Positions 39,002 through 48,464 of a DNA stretch of 64,000 nt are shown here, piece by piece; positions within the stretch are counted from its first letter, which is position 1; every line of letters starts with the position of its first letter. The stretch spans positions 1 to 64,000 of the forward strand of contig CAVVYR010000004.1 in assembly GCA_963752475.1 (NCBI GenBank). The letters run 5' to 3'. Both the position numbers and the translations under genes were made by a program. This DNA comes from an uncultured Chloroflexia bacterium (GTDB taxonomy: Bacteria; Chloroflexota; Limnocylindria; Limnocylindrales; CSP1-4). Below the pieces are notes generated by a model. It did no database searches. It was not told the DNA's origin and saw only the letters and a list, made by a program, of their open reading frames with translations.

Positions 39002-40297
39002 ATGACGAAACGAGCGGATGACCGTCGCCAGATGCGCCTGCTTGCGGCGGCCCTGACGGCCTTGTGGGCGGTGACCGCCATCGCCATCGCCACCGCCTAT
39101 CGGCCGGGTGGACCCATCGACGTGCTCGTGGCCCTGGCCTGCTTCGTGCCCGTGGCTATCGCCGACCTTGGCGTCATCCGTCCAGCCAAGCGCCTGACGC
39201 GGAACCATCGCACGGCGCTCGTGTGGGTCTGGATCGGGGCGGTGCTGTTCGCGGTTCCCGTCATCTACGGCGTGGCCTCGACCGTCACCGGCGATGGGTC
39301 ACAGGGGTTGCTGCCATCAGCCGAGGCCGCCTACGCGGGCATCATCGCGCTCTACCTGATGTCGTACTTCAGCGCAGTCGGTCTCATCCACCACCGTATG
39401 GGCGTCCGACCGCTCGAGCGTCGAGCCATGCTGATGACCGCCCTCGTCGCCGCCGGGCTCACGCTCATCGCGGGCGGGGCCTTCCTCTTCGTGGCGATCG
39501 CCAACGAGCAGGAGCTGCGCGCGGATCCGGCCGAGGCCTCGCGCTTCGGGCCCACCGATCCCGGGCTCGAGCCGCCCGACTGCGACGAGCCACTGGCCCT
39601 CGGTCTGGATGCCACCGTCACCATCGAAGCCAAGTCCGCCGTGGACACGTTCGATCGCGGCTTCGCGGTCCTCGACGGCCAGCGGCACGACCAGGACGAG
39701 TCGTGGGGCGGCTCGTGGGATGGGCCTGACGGCTCCGGCGTGCAGGCCTACCGACGCCTCGGCGAGGAGGCCTGGCTCAACGACGAGAGCGACGATCCGC
39801 AGGCGCCCGGCACCTTCTGGGACCAGTCGGAACCGAACCCCTTCGGGCTGCTCGGCGACGAAGGCCTGACCATGGACGGGCCGCCCTTCGCGGTGGCCCA
39901 TGTGCCTCGCGGCACGATCGTGGCCGAAGACCTGGGCCTCGAGGTCGTCGAGGGTGCGAGGGCTCGCCATTGTCGGACCTTCATCGATGGCCCCACCGCG
40001 CTCGACACCTTCCTGCCGCTGCGCTGGCTGCTGGCCGACGACTCCGAGGTGCCCGACGATGCCCTCGAGCGGTGGCGTGGCGAGCTCGACTGGTGGGTCT
40101 TCGCCGATGGTGAACTGGGAGCGGCATCGGTGCAGGTATCGGGCGCGCGTATCGACACCGGCTGGGAGGACGACGGCGTGCGAGCGTTCCTCGAGGCTCG
40201 CCTCATCGCCGTCGATCGCGACCAGGCCGTGGACGTGAACGCGCGCACGGATCCCGGCTCGCCGGCCGCGGTGGCGTTAGAGTCAGTTGGGCCATGA
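39002..40297 (+). CDS. Hypothetical membrane protein (about 5 TM helices plus extracytoplasmic domain)
   Basis: 431-aa ORF, hydrophobic N-terminal third, acidic C-terminal domain. Confidence 0.75.
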   Translation: MTKRADDRRQMRLLAAALTALWAVTAIAIATAYRPGGPIDVLVALACFVPVAIADLGVIRPAKRLTRNHRTALVWVWIGAVLFAVPVIYGVASTVTGDGSQGLLPSAEAAYAGIIALYLMSYFSAVGLIHHRMGVRPLERRAMLMTALVAAGLTLIAGGAFLFVAIANEQELRADPAEASRFGPTDPGLEPPDCDEPLALGLDATVTIEAKSAVDTFDRGFAVLDGQRHDQDESWGGSWDGPDGSGVQAYRRLGEEAWLNDESDDPQAPGTFWDQSEPNPFGLLGDEGLTMDGPPFAVAHVPRGTIVAEDLGLEVVEGARARHCRTFIDGPTALDTFLPLRWLLADDSEVPDDALERWRGELDWWVFADGELGAASVQVSGARIDTGWEDDGVRAFLEARLIAVDRDQAVDVNARTDPGSPAAVALESVGP

Positions 40298-41289
40298 ACA
40301 CGTTCGAGGAGCGCGGCGGGACCAAGTGGGACCGTGCCGCGCGCTATCTCAAGATCGCCACCGTCCTTCACGCCCACGGTGAGGCCGGCATCAGCGCGCA
40401 GGCATTGGCCGACCAGGTCGGCGTGTCGAAGCGGACCATCTATCGCGACCTCGACGGCATGGACTTCGACGGCGGCCTGCCCATCTGGAACGAGAAGGGC
40501 AAGTACGGCCTCGACGCGGACGCCTTCCTTCCACCACTGAAGCTGACCGTCCACGAGGCCATGGCCTTCTTCCTCGCGGCACGACTCCTGACCAAGGCCA
40601 CCGACGAGCTCGACACCGAGATCATCGGCGCCTTCGTGAAGCTGGCCCAGGTGCTGCCGCCGGTGCTCACGGAGCAGCTGCACGAGACTGCCGATGCCTT
40701 CGCCGACACCCCGCCCGACGAGGACTTCACCCGGGCCTTGCGTGGCCTGACCGCGGCCCTGGCCGAGCGGCGCGTGGTCGAGTTCGACTACGAGTCGGGT
40801 GTGTACGACGCCAGCCGGCCGATGCGGCGCGTGCGCCTGCACCCCTACGGCATCGAGCCGTCGGCGGCGACACGGGCGCTATACGTCATCGGCTGGGATG
40901 AGGAGCGCACTGCCCGACGGACCTACAAGCTCGAGCGCATCCGCTCCATCTCGATGACGCCGGAGGCGTACGAAGCACCCGACGCCTCGGTCGCGCGCGA
41001 GATGCTGGCCGCCTGGGATGTCATCGGCGACGACGAGGCCGTGGAGGTCGTCATCCGCTTCACGCCGGACGTCTCTCAGCGCGTGCACGAGACCCGCTGG
41101 CACCACAGCCAGGTCGAGGAGCTGGAGGACGATGGCTCGCTCCTGTGGCGAGCACGCGTGGCCGGGGTGCTGGAGATCCGTTCCTGGATCCTGAGCTGGG
41201 GTCCGGACGCAGAGGTGCTGGAGCCGCCCAAGCTGCGCGAGTGGGTGGCGGAGCGTCACGCCCAGGCCGCTGCCCGCTACGTCGGGTAG
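40294..41289 (+). CDS. WYL-domain transcriptional regulator (HTH-WYL-WCX, PafBC-like)
   Basis: LADQVGVSKRTIYRDL, LHPYGI…LYVIGWD…RTYKLERI, WILSWGPDAEVLEPPKLR. Confidence 0.92.
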   Translation: MNTFEERGGTKWDRAARYLKIATVLHAHGEAGISAQALADQVGVSKRTIYRDLDGMDFDGGLPIWNEKGKYGLDADAFLPPLKLTVHEAMAFFLAARLLTKATDELDTEIIGAFVKLAQVLPPVLTEQLHETADAFADTPPDEDFTRALRGLTAALAERRVVEFDYESGVYDASRPMRRVRLHPYGIEPSAATRALYVIGWDEERTARRTYKLERIRSISMTPEAYEAPDASVAREMLAAWDVIGDDEAVEVVIRFTPDVSQRVHETRWHHSQVEELEDDGSLLWRARVAGVLEIRSWILSWGPDAEVLEPPKLREWVAERHAQAAARYVG

Positions 41290-41465
41290 CCGACCGAAGC
41301 ACGCCCAGTGCGGCATCCACCGCCTTGTCCGCCCGATGGGCCAGGGGCCGCCTTCGCCGCTCAACGGGCCGGGGGCCGCATCCACCGCCTTGCCGCTCAA
41401 CGGGCCGATCCGACCTCCAAGGCTGCCTCAGGATGCCCCGGCGGCCGGCCCAACGTGACACGAAG

Positions 41466-41496
41466 AAGGCCCCCGATCTACATGACCGGGGGCCTT
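41466..41496 (-). terminator. Intrinsic terminator of the pnt operon
   Basis: AAGGCCCCCG…CGGGGGCCTT stem followed by CTT on the minus strand. Confidence 0.65.
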
Positions 41497-41543
41497 GCTG
41501 GACTCGCGTCGTTGGCGCCACCGGGGCGCCGGGCGGTCGAAGC

Positions 41544-43019
41544 CTAGAGCTCCTTGACCGCCGCGATGAGGTTCTCCAGACCGGCCTTGGCGTCCGAGAA
41601 GAGCATCCCGGTCTTGGGGTCGGTGTAGAGGCTGTTGTCGATGCCGGCGTAGCCGCGGCCCATCGAACGCTTGATGACGACGATGGACTTGGCGTGATCG
41701 ACGTCGAGGATGGGCATGCCGTAGATGGGCGATGCCGGATCCGTGCGCGCGATGGGGTTGGTGACGTCGTTCGCACCGATCACCAGGGCCACATCACAGC
41801 GGTTGAACTCGGGGTTGATGTCCTCCATCTCCTTGAGCTGCGGGTAGGGCACGTTGGCCTCGGCCAGCAGCACGTTCATGTGGCCCGGCATACGACCGGC
41901 CACCGGATGGATGGCGTAGCTGACGTTCACGCCACGCTCCTCGAGGATGTCCCCGAGCTCGCGTACGGCGTGCTGCGCCTGGGCCACCGCGAGGCCGTAG
42001 CCCGGCACCACGATGACGTTCTCGGCATAGGCCAGCTGGATGGCCGCGTCGTCGACGCCGACCTCACGCACGGTGCCGCCACTGGCTGCCGGATCGGCCT
42101 GCGTGCCCTCACCGCCACCGAAGCCGCCGACCAGGATGTTCAGCAGCGATCGGTTCATGGCGTCCGCCATGAGCTTGGTGAGGATGCCGCCGGCCGCACC
42201 CACGAGGGCACCGGCGATGATGAGCAACGGGCTCTCCAGCACGAAGCCGGACATGGCCGCGGCGGTGCCGGTGAAGCTGTTCAGGAGGCTGATGACGACC
42301 GGCATATCGGCGCCGCCGATGGGCAGCACCATGGTCACGCCGAAGGTCAGCGAGGCCGCCAGCAGGACCAGCAGGACGCCGATCTTGACCTCGTTGCCGA
42401 GCTCGAGGACGGGCGACTCGCCCGCGCCGAGCACGAGCACGATGGTGGTCACGAGCGCCACCACACCAAGGGCGATGGTGGTGTACACGCCACCCGGCAC
42501 CTTGATGGGCTGACCCGAGATCAGACCCTGCAGCTTGCCCGAGGCGAGGATCGAACCGGTGAAGGTGATCGAGCCGATGAGCACGCCGAGGATGACGAAG
42601 ATGGTGGTGGAGATGGACTCCTTGTCGGTACCCACGATGAGCAGGTAGTCGAAGATGGCCACGATGGCCGCCGCGCCACCACCGACCGCGTTGAACAGCG
42701 AGACCAGCTGGGGCATCGCCGTCATGGCCACGCGCAGCGCGAGGAACATGCCCACGGCCGCGCCGATGGCGAAGCCGGCGATGATGATGATCAGCGCCTC
42801 GGTGGTGAGACCGCCGACCGCGCAAGCCTCGTGGGGGCAGTCGCGCAGGAGCAGGTAGACGAACGTGGCGATGACGGCCACGGTCATGCCGCCGGCCGAG
42901 ATGAGGTTGCCGTTCCGCCCGGTGGCGGGGCTGTTCATGAAGTGCAGGCCGATGACGAACGACCCCGCGGCCAGGGCACCGATGATGATGAAGAGGGCGC
43001 TAAGCGTTGACTGATCCAC
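41544..43019 (-). CDS. pntB: NAD(P) transhydrogenase subunit beta
   Basis: MTAMPQLVSLFN, IGGADMPVVISLLNS, VPGYG, HPVAGRMPGHMNVLLAEA, GANDVTNP. Confidence 0.97.
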   Translation of the reverse strand: MDQSTLSALFIIIGALAAGSFVIGLHFMNSPATGRNGNLISAGGMTVAVIATFVYLLLRDCPHEACAVGGLTTEALIIIIAGFAIGAAVGMFLALRVAMTAMPQLVSLFNAVGGGAAAIVAIFDYLLIVGTDKESISTTIFVILGVLIGSITFTGSILASGKLQGLISGQPIKVPGGVYTTIALGVVALVTTIVLVLGAGESPVLELGNEVKIGVLLVLLAASLTFGVTMVLPIGGADMPVVISLLNSFTGTAAAMSGFVLESPLLIIAGALVGAAGGILTKLMADAMNRSLLNILVGGFGGGEGTQADPAASGGTVREVGVDDAAIQLAYAENVIVVPGYGLAVAQAQHAVRELGDILEERGVNVSYAIHPVAGRMPGHMNVLLAEANVPYPQLKEMEDINPEFNRCDVALVIGANDVTNPIARTDPASPIYGMPILDVDHAKSIVVIKRSMGRGYAGIDNSLYTDPKTGMLFSDAKAGLENLIAAVKEL

Positions 43020-43021
43020 CG

Positions 43022-43342
43022 CTAGGCCTCCTTACCGTCGGCCTTGGGAGCGGTGGGCTTCTTCTTGAACATCTGCAGCATGCGGTCGGTGACCACGTAG
43101 CCGCCCACGACGTTCATGGCGCCGAAGGCGACGGCCACGAAGGCGAGGGCGTAGCCCAGGATGTCGTCGGCCTCGGCGGCGATGATCATGCCGCCGATGA
43201 CGACGATGCCGTGGATCGAGTTGGCACCCGACATGAGCGGGGTATGGAGGGTCGCGGGGACCTTGCTGATGACCTCGAAGCCGACGAGGACCGCGAGGAT
43301 GAAGATGACGAGTGAGCCAAGAAGGCTGATCTCACCGCTCAT
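43022..43342 (-). CDS. pntAB: NAD(P) transhydrogenase subunit alpha part 2 (membrane)
   Basis: VPATLHTPLMSGANSIHG, NVVGGYVVTDRML. Confidence 0.95.
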   Translation of the reverse strand: MSGEISLLGSLVIFILAVLVGFEVISKVPATLHTPLMSGANSIHGIVVIGGMIIAAEADDILGYALAFVAVAFGAMNVVGGYVVTDRMLQMFKKKPTAPKADGKEA

Positions 43343-44487
43343 GCGGCACCCCCTTCGGCCAGCATCTGAGCCGTCGTCGGGTGCACCACCACGCCGTTGT
43401 GTGTGATCACGGTGCCAGTGGTGATCTCGTCATCGAAGTCGAACGTCATCTCCCCTTCCTTGATGAAGTGCGTCAGAAGCGCGCTGATGTTGCGGGCATA
43501 GAAGCCGCTGGCGCCGCCGGGCATGGTGGCCGGCAGGTTGGTGGGCGCGATGATGGTGACGCCGTTGTCCGTGGTGATCGTGTCGTCGGGCTGCGAGAGC
43601 TCGACGTTGCCGCCGAGTGCGCTCGCAGCCATGTCCACGATGACCGAGCCGGACTTCATGTTGTGCACCGCATCCGCGGTCACCAGCAGCGGCGGCCGGC
43701 GTCCCGGCACCTGGGCCGTGGTGATGACCACGTCCATGGAGCTGATGTGCGTATTGAGCTCTGCCTGCTGGGCAGCCTTCTCCTCATCGGTCAGCTCGCG
43801 GGCGTATCCGCCCTCACCGGTGGCGTCGGCGACCGACTCCAGCTTGAGGAACTGCGCACCCAGCGATTGCGCCTGTTCCTTGGTCTCGGAGCGCACGTCG
43901 TAGGCCTTGACCAGCGCGCCGAGGCGCTTGGCCGTGGCGATCGCCTGCAGGCCGGCGACGCCGATACCGAGGATGAGCACGTTGGCCGGCTTGGCTGTCC
44001 CCGCGGCCGTGGTCAGCAGCGGGAAGTAGCGGCCGTAGGCGTCCGCGGCCATGACCACGGCCTTGTAGCCGCCGACGTTGGCCTGCGAGGACAGCGCGTC
44101 CATCGACTGTGCACGCGAGAGCGTTCGCGGCAGCGTATCGAGGCTGACGGCGGTGACGCCGGCGTTGGCCAGCGACTGCGCGTTCTGCGGATCGATGAGC
44201 GGCTGCAGCAGGCCGATGACGACCTGGCCGGAGCGCAGCTTGCCGATCTCTTCAGGGGTCGGCTTCTGCACACGCAGCACGACGTCAGCATCGGCGTACA
44301 GCTGGTCCTCGCTCACGACCTTGGCCCCGGCCGCGGTGAAGTCCGCATCCGGGATCGAAGCGCCGTCTCCGGCGCCGGTTTGAATCAGGACCTCGTGCCC
44401 GGCACCGGTCAATTTGCCGATGGCCTCAGGCACAAGGGCGACCCGCCGTTCGTTGGGCGCGGTCTCCTTGACGGTGGCAATCCTCAT
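43339..44487 (-). CDS. pntAA: NAD(P) transhydrogenase subunit alpha part 1
   Basis: KETAPNERRVALVP, RAQSMDALSSQ, GVAGLQAIATA, GEGGYAREL, ITTAQVPG. Confidence 0.96.
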   Translation of the reverse strand: MRIATVKETAPNERRVALVPEAIGKLTGAGHEVLIQTGAGDGASIPDADFTAAGAKVVSEDQLYADADVVLRVQKPTPEEIGKLRSGQVVIGLLQPLIDPQNAQSLANAGVTAVSLDTLPRTLSRAQSMDALSSQANVGGYKAVVMAADAYGRYFPLLTTAAGTAKPANVLILGIGVAGLQAIATAKRLGALVKAYDVRSETKEQAQSLGAQFLKLESVADATGEGGYARELTDEEKAAQQAELNTHISSMDVVITTAQVPGRRPPLLVTADAVHNMKSGSVIVDMAASALGGNVELSQPDDTITTDNGVTIIAPTNLPATMPGGASGFYARNISALLTHFIKEGEMTFDFDDEITTGTVITHNGVVVHPTTAQMLAEGGAA

Positions 44488-44827
44488 GCAGGAACCCCGA
44501 GTGTCGAGAAGGTGATTGATGGCGCGCGCAAACACATCGGTCCGGCGCCAATAGGCCAAGTGTAATCCGATTCGCCCTCCACTCGCCTGCCAGTGGTCAC
44601 CTCTCGAAGGTGCCGACCTGCTCTGGTCGGCCTACGCGTGAGAAGCGACGGCCGATCGGGCGAGCAGCGACGGCCACCCGGGCGAGGAGCGCGCTCAGCA
44701 GTTCGCGCGTGTGCAAGCTTGACGTCGGAGCAAGACCGACCGCGGCCGGAACGCCCGCCACCATCACCCGGCACGACCTCAGCCCGGTCGAGCTCTCCGT
44801 CATCAGGCCCGAAGCGATCGACGCTGA

Positions 44828-46030
44828 CTACGTCGCCCGCTGATGCTCCTGGACCGACTGGAGGAAGAGCGATACCGGCCGATAGATGGCGTGGGCGAAC
44901 TTGGTGAAAGGCACCAGCAGCACCAGCTCCATGGCGATGGCCACGTGCACCAGGAAGCCGAGGTAGCCCCAGACGGGCGGCTGGGGCAGGTAGAGCGCCA
45001 GCTCGATGACGAAGCCGGTCAGCCCCGCCAGCCAGAGCAGCCAGAGGAAGGTCCAGTCGGAGGTGAAGGAGCGGCGAACCGTGCGCCCGTCCTTGCGCCA
45101 GCGGCGGATCATCAGGCCCGTGGCGCCGTACATCATGGCCAGCCCGGCCACGGTGCCCAGCAGTCGCACCGGATACCAGATGGGCACCTGCTCACCGGTG
45201 TGCTTCACGCCGATGATGTCCAGGCCGAAGTCGAGCGTGGTCGCGGCCAGCAGGCCCAGGAAGCCAAGCATCGTGGCCGCGTGCATGAACCAGGTCCGAC
45301 GCCACAACGGAACGGCGGCCTCCGACTCCTCGCAGTCGTCGCGGTAGCGCTTCTGACCCAGCGACTCGACGGCCAGCGATGACCACAGCGCCGAGCCCAC
45401 CGTGCGCAGCCCATCACGGCTGCGCAGCTCGCCCCAGGCGATGCCGCTGGCCGGAGCGGTGCGGCCGATCATCGTGAGCACGCCGACGACTCCAGCGACG
45501 AAGACGAGGATCATGGCCACGAGGCCGAAGTCATGGATGAACGGAGCCGGGATCCAATCGAAGAAGGCCATGCCGGCGTCCTCGGACGGCAGCGGCCCGG
45601 CGCGGTTGACGAACATGAAGAGCCCGAAGAGCACGGCCAACGCGACCGCGGCGATCGTGCCCAGCAGTGGCTGCAGATAGAGGAAGCGAGCGATGCGCGT
45701 GCGGTCGTAGGAGGCCGTGGCGAAGCGGCGCGAGGCAGCCATGAACTCGGACGGCTCGGCCTGACGCGGACAGGTCTCGGAGCACTCGCCGCAGGCGTAG
45801 CAGGTCCACAGCTCCTTCGAGGCCAGCAGCTCGTCCTTCATGCCCACCTGGGCGTAGCGGATGATCCGCCGAGGGAAGGTCGAGTCGGCCGTCGACAGCG
45901 GACAGATGGCGGTGCAGTTGCCGCAGTTGAAGCAGGCATCGACGTCGAAGGCGCCGTAGCGCTTGATCTCCGGCAGCAGCTCCGGGTCGACCCGTACGAC
46001 CGCGGTCTCACTCTGGGCCGTGGCGGTCAT
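44828..46030 (-). CDS. QmoC-like membrane subunit (HdrC-type 2x[4Fe-4S] plus b-heme TM domain)
   Basis: CFNCGNCTAICP and CYACGECSETCP; about 6 TM helices with His in FIHDF, FMHAA, LVHVA and KFAHAIYRP. Confidence 0.85.
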   Translation of the reverse strand: MTATAQSETAVVRVDPELLPEIKRYGAFDVDACFNCGNCTAICPLSTADSTFPRRIIRYAQVGMKDELLASKELWTCYACGECSETCPRQAEPSEFMAASRRFATASYDRTRIARFLYLQPLLGTIAAVALAVLFGLFMFVNRAGPLPSEDAGMAFFDWIPAPFIHDFGLVAMILVFVAGVVGVLTMIGRTAPASGIAWGELRSRDGLRTVGSALWSSLAVESLGQKRYRDDCEESEAAVPLWRRTWFMHAATMLGFLGLLAATTLDFGLDIIGVKHTGEQVPIWYPVRLLGTVAGLAMMYGATGLMIRRWRKDGRTVRRSFTSDWTFLWLLWLAGLTGFVIELALYLPQPPVWGYLGFLVHVAIAMELVLLVPFTKFAHAIYRPVSLFLQSVQEHQRAT

Positions 46031-46320
46031 CGCTTCACTTCCTTCTCCGGCAGCGCGTAGCGCGGGTAGTCGCCATCGACTCCGTCCTCGACCGCCTGGC
46101 CGTACTTGCGCATGGCCGTCAGCGTCCAGAGCACGTCCCGCGCTTCGAAGCCGGTGGCCGTGGCCAGTTGGGGCACGGTCATGGGACCGTCCTTGAGGGT
46201 CTTCCTGACGGCCGCCTTGCGCTTGTTCGTGACCTTGACGTAGGCCAGCAGGTCTTCGGACGCGGGGCCTTGTCGCTCCTTGAAGACGTCCAGGGCGGTC
46301 GGCACCTTGGTCTCGCTCAT
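46027..46320 (-). CDS. Small winged-helix protein within the Hdr/Qmo-like operon
   Basis: LKDGPMTVPQLATATG…VLWTLTAMRKYG…YPRYAL; overlaps both neighbours. Confidence 0.75.
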   Translation of the reverse strand: MSETKVPTALDVFKERQGPASEDLLAYVKVTNKRKAAVRKTLKDGPMTVPQLATATGFEARDVLWTLTAMRKYGQAVEDGVDGDYPRYALPEKEVKR

Positions 46321-48464
46321 GCAGGCACCTCCACCTTCACCGCCTCGCCAGGCGCGGCTGGTGCGCTGGTGATGGCGTCGATCATGGCCCGGTACTGGTC
46401 CATCTCCCAGCCCTGCACGTCGATGGCCTCGCTGTCACAGACGGCCACGCAGGCACCACAGCCGACGCAGGCGACCGGGTTGACGTAGGCCTTCTGCTCG
46501 GTGACGCCTTCCTCGGTCTCGATCTCGGTAAGGCTGATGGCGCCGTCGTACTGGCAGGCGTCGGTGCAAGCCCCGGCGCCGACGCAGCGAGCCAGGTCGA
46601 CGCGCGCCACGAACGGCTCCATCTCCACGTGGTCCTTGGCCAGCACGGTGGCGGCCTTGACCGCCGCGGCCGAAGCCGAGGACGTGGACTCGGTGATGTC
46701 CTTGGGGCCCTGTGCCGCACCAGCCAGGTAGATGCCCGGGATGGACGTCTCCACCGGTCGCAGCTTGGGGTGCACCTCCAGCAGGAAGTCATCGTTGCCC
46801 ACCGGCGCCTTGGTCATGTCGATGATGTCGGCCACGTCGCGCGGCTGCATGCCCACACCGAGCACGACCAGATCGGCGGGCACGTCCAGCTGGGCCCCGA
46901 AGGTCAGCGTGTCGGTCACACGGACCGCGAGCGGGTAGTCGCCCGACTCGGCCACCGACACCACCGGCCGTGCATGGTCGTCGAAGCGCAGGAAGCGCAC
47001 GCCCAGCTTGGAGGCGTCGACGTAGTAGTCCTCCTGTGCCTTCTCGTACGTGCGGATGTCGCGGTAGAGGTCGTAGACGGCGGTGTCCGGCAGGCGCCGT
47101 CGCACCTCGTTGGTGGCCTGCAGCGTGGCCGTGCAGCACACACGCGAGCAGTATTCGTTGAGCGAACCCGACGGCCCGGGCTCGTCGACGCCTGCGATCT
47201 GCCGTGAGCCGACGCAGTGGATGAAGGCCACCGACCGCGGTGCCTTTCCGTCGACCAGCACCTGACCGCCGGTCGGACCCTCCTGGTCGAGCATCCGCTC
47301 GAGCTGCGGCAGCGTGATGACCCGCTCCGAGGTGCCGGATCCGTACTCGCCCTCACGCGGTGTGTAGTGGTCGTAGCCGGTGGCCACGATGACGGCGCCG
47401 GCCTCCACGACCTCGTCCTCGGGCACCTCGTCGATGGTGATGCCCTCGCCGGCCGCCAGCACGCATTCGCCACAGCGCGTGCAGTTGGCCCAGTCGATGG
47501 CATGCAGCGCCGGGATGGCCTCGGGATGCGGCTTGTAGAAGGCCTTGCGCGTCGAGAGCCCATCGTCGAACTCGTCGTCCACGACCGTGGGGCAGGCATC
47601 CACGGCCACGGCCGGGTCGCTCAGTCGTTCATCGACACCCCGCGGCTGCGTGCGCAGGGTGGCGCTGAAGTCCCCGAGGAAGCCGGTCAGGGCGTGGAGC
47701 TCGGTGTAGGTGCGGACCTCGATGCGGTCGTCGGCGGTGACCTCGTCGATGAGGCGGCGCACGAGCGGCACGGCCGGCTCGTCGGTGGGATAGACCGTGC
47801 CCAGCTGCATCGTGCGTCCGCCGAGGAACGGCGTCTTCTCGATGAGCGTGACCTCCTGGCCCATGGCCGCGCAATCGAGCGCGGCCCGCAGGCCGGCCAC
47901 GCCGCCGCCGACCACGAGGACGCGGTGAACCGCGTCCACCCGAACCGGTTGCAGCGGTTGCAGCAGGCGGGACTTGCCCACCGCCGCGCGCACGACCGAG
48001 ACAGCCTTGTCGGTCGCGGCTTCGCTGTCGTGTGGATGAGCCCAGCTGACCTGTTCGCGGATGTTGGCCGGCAGGAACAGGTAGGGGTTCATGCCGGCGC
48101 GGATGACGGCCTTGCGGAAGGTGGTCTCGTGGAGCGATGGCGTGCAGGCGGCCACGATGACACGGTCGAGCCCCAGCTCCTCGATGTCCTTGGTGATCTG
48201 CCCCTGGCCCTCATCGGAGCACATGAAGGGGATGTGCCGCGACACCGACACGCCATCCTCGTGGCTGAGCGACTGGGCCACGGCATCGACGTCGACGACA
48301 TCGCTGATGTTGCCGCCGCAGTGGCAAACGTAGACGCCCAGCTTCTCGCCGGGACCGGCCGTCAGGTCGTCCGCGCTCAGCTCGATGGGGCCGAGGCCCT
48401 CGTCGCCGGCCGGCTCGGGGCAATCCTCACCCTGATCGGTCGCGGGCCATTCCTCACTGACCAT
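46317..48464 (-). CDS. hdrA: HdrA/QmoB-like flavoprotein
   Basis: GVYVCHCGGNI, AACTP, NIREQ, VVGGGVAG, HCVGSR, CSRVCC, HPKLRP, GPKDI, C-terminal 2x[4Fe-4S]. Confidence 0.9.
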   Translation of the reverse strand: MVSEEWPATDQGEDCPEPAGDEGLGPIELSADDLTAGPGEKLGVYVCHCGGNISDVVDVDAVAQSLSHEDGVSVSRHIPFMCSDEGQGQITKDIEELGLDRVIVAACTPSLHETTFRKAVIRAGMNPYLFLPANIREQVSWAHPHDSEAATDKAVSVVRAAVGKSRLLQPLQPVRVDAVHRVLVVGGGVAGLRAALDCAAMGQEVTLIEKTPFLGGRTMQLGTVYPTDEPAVPLVRRLIDEVTADDRIEVRTYTELHALTGFLGDFSATLRTQPRGVDERLSDPAVAVDACPTVVDDEFDDGLSTRKAFYKPHPEAIPALHAIDWANCTRCGECVLAAGEGITIDEVPEDEVVEAGAVIVATGYDHYTPREGEYGSGTSERVITLPQLERMLDQEGPTGGQVLVDGKAPRSVAFIHCVGSRQIAGVDEPGPSGSLNEYCSRVCCTATLQATNEVRRRLPDTAVYDLYRDIRTYEKAQEDYYVDASKLGVRFLRFDDHARPVVSVAESGDYPLAVRVTDTLTFGAQLDVPADLVVLGVGMQPRDVADIIDMTKAPVGNDDFLLEVHPKLRPVETSIPGIYLAGAAQGPKDITESTSSASAAAVKAATVLAKDHVEMEPFVARVDLARCVGAGACTDACQYDGAISLTEIETEEGVTEQKAYVNPVACVGCGACVAVCDSEAIDVQGWEMDQYRAMIDAITSAPAAPGEAVKVEVPA

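Noticed and set aside
41310-41410. Short direct repeats (gcatccaccgccttg, gccgctcaacgggccg) between the WYL gene and pntB
   Set aside because: Only two copies each, most simply a local duplication, with no evidence of function
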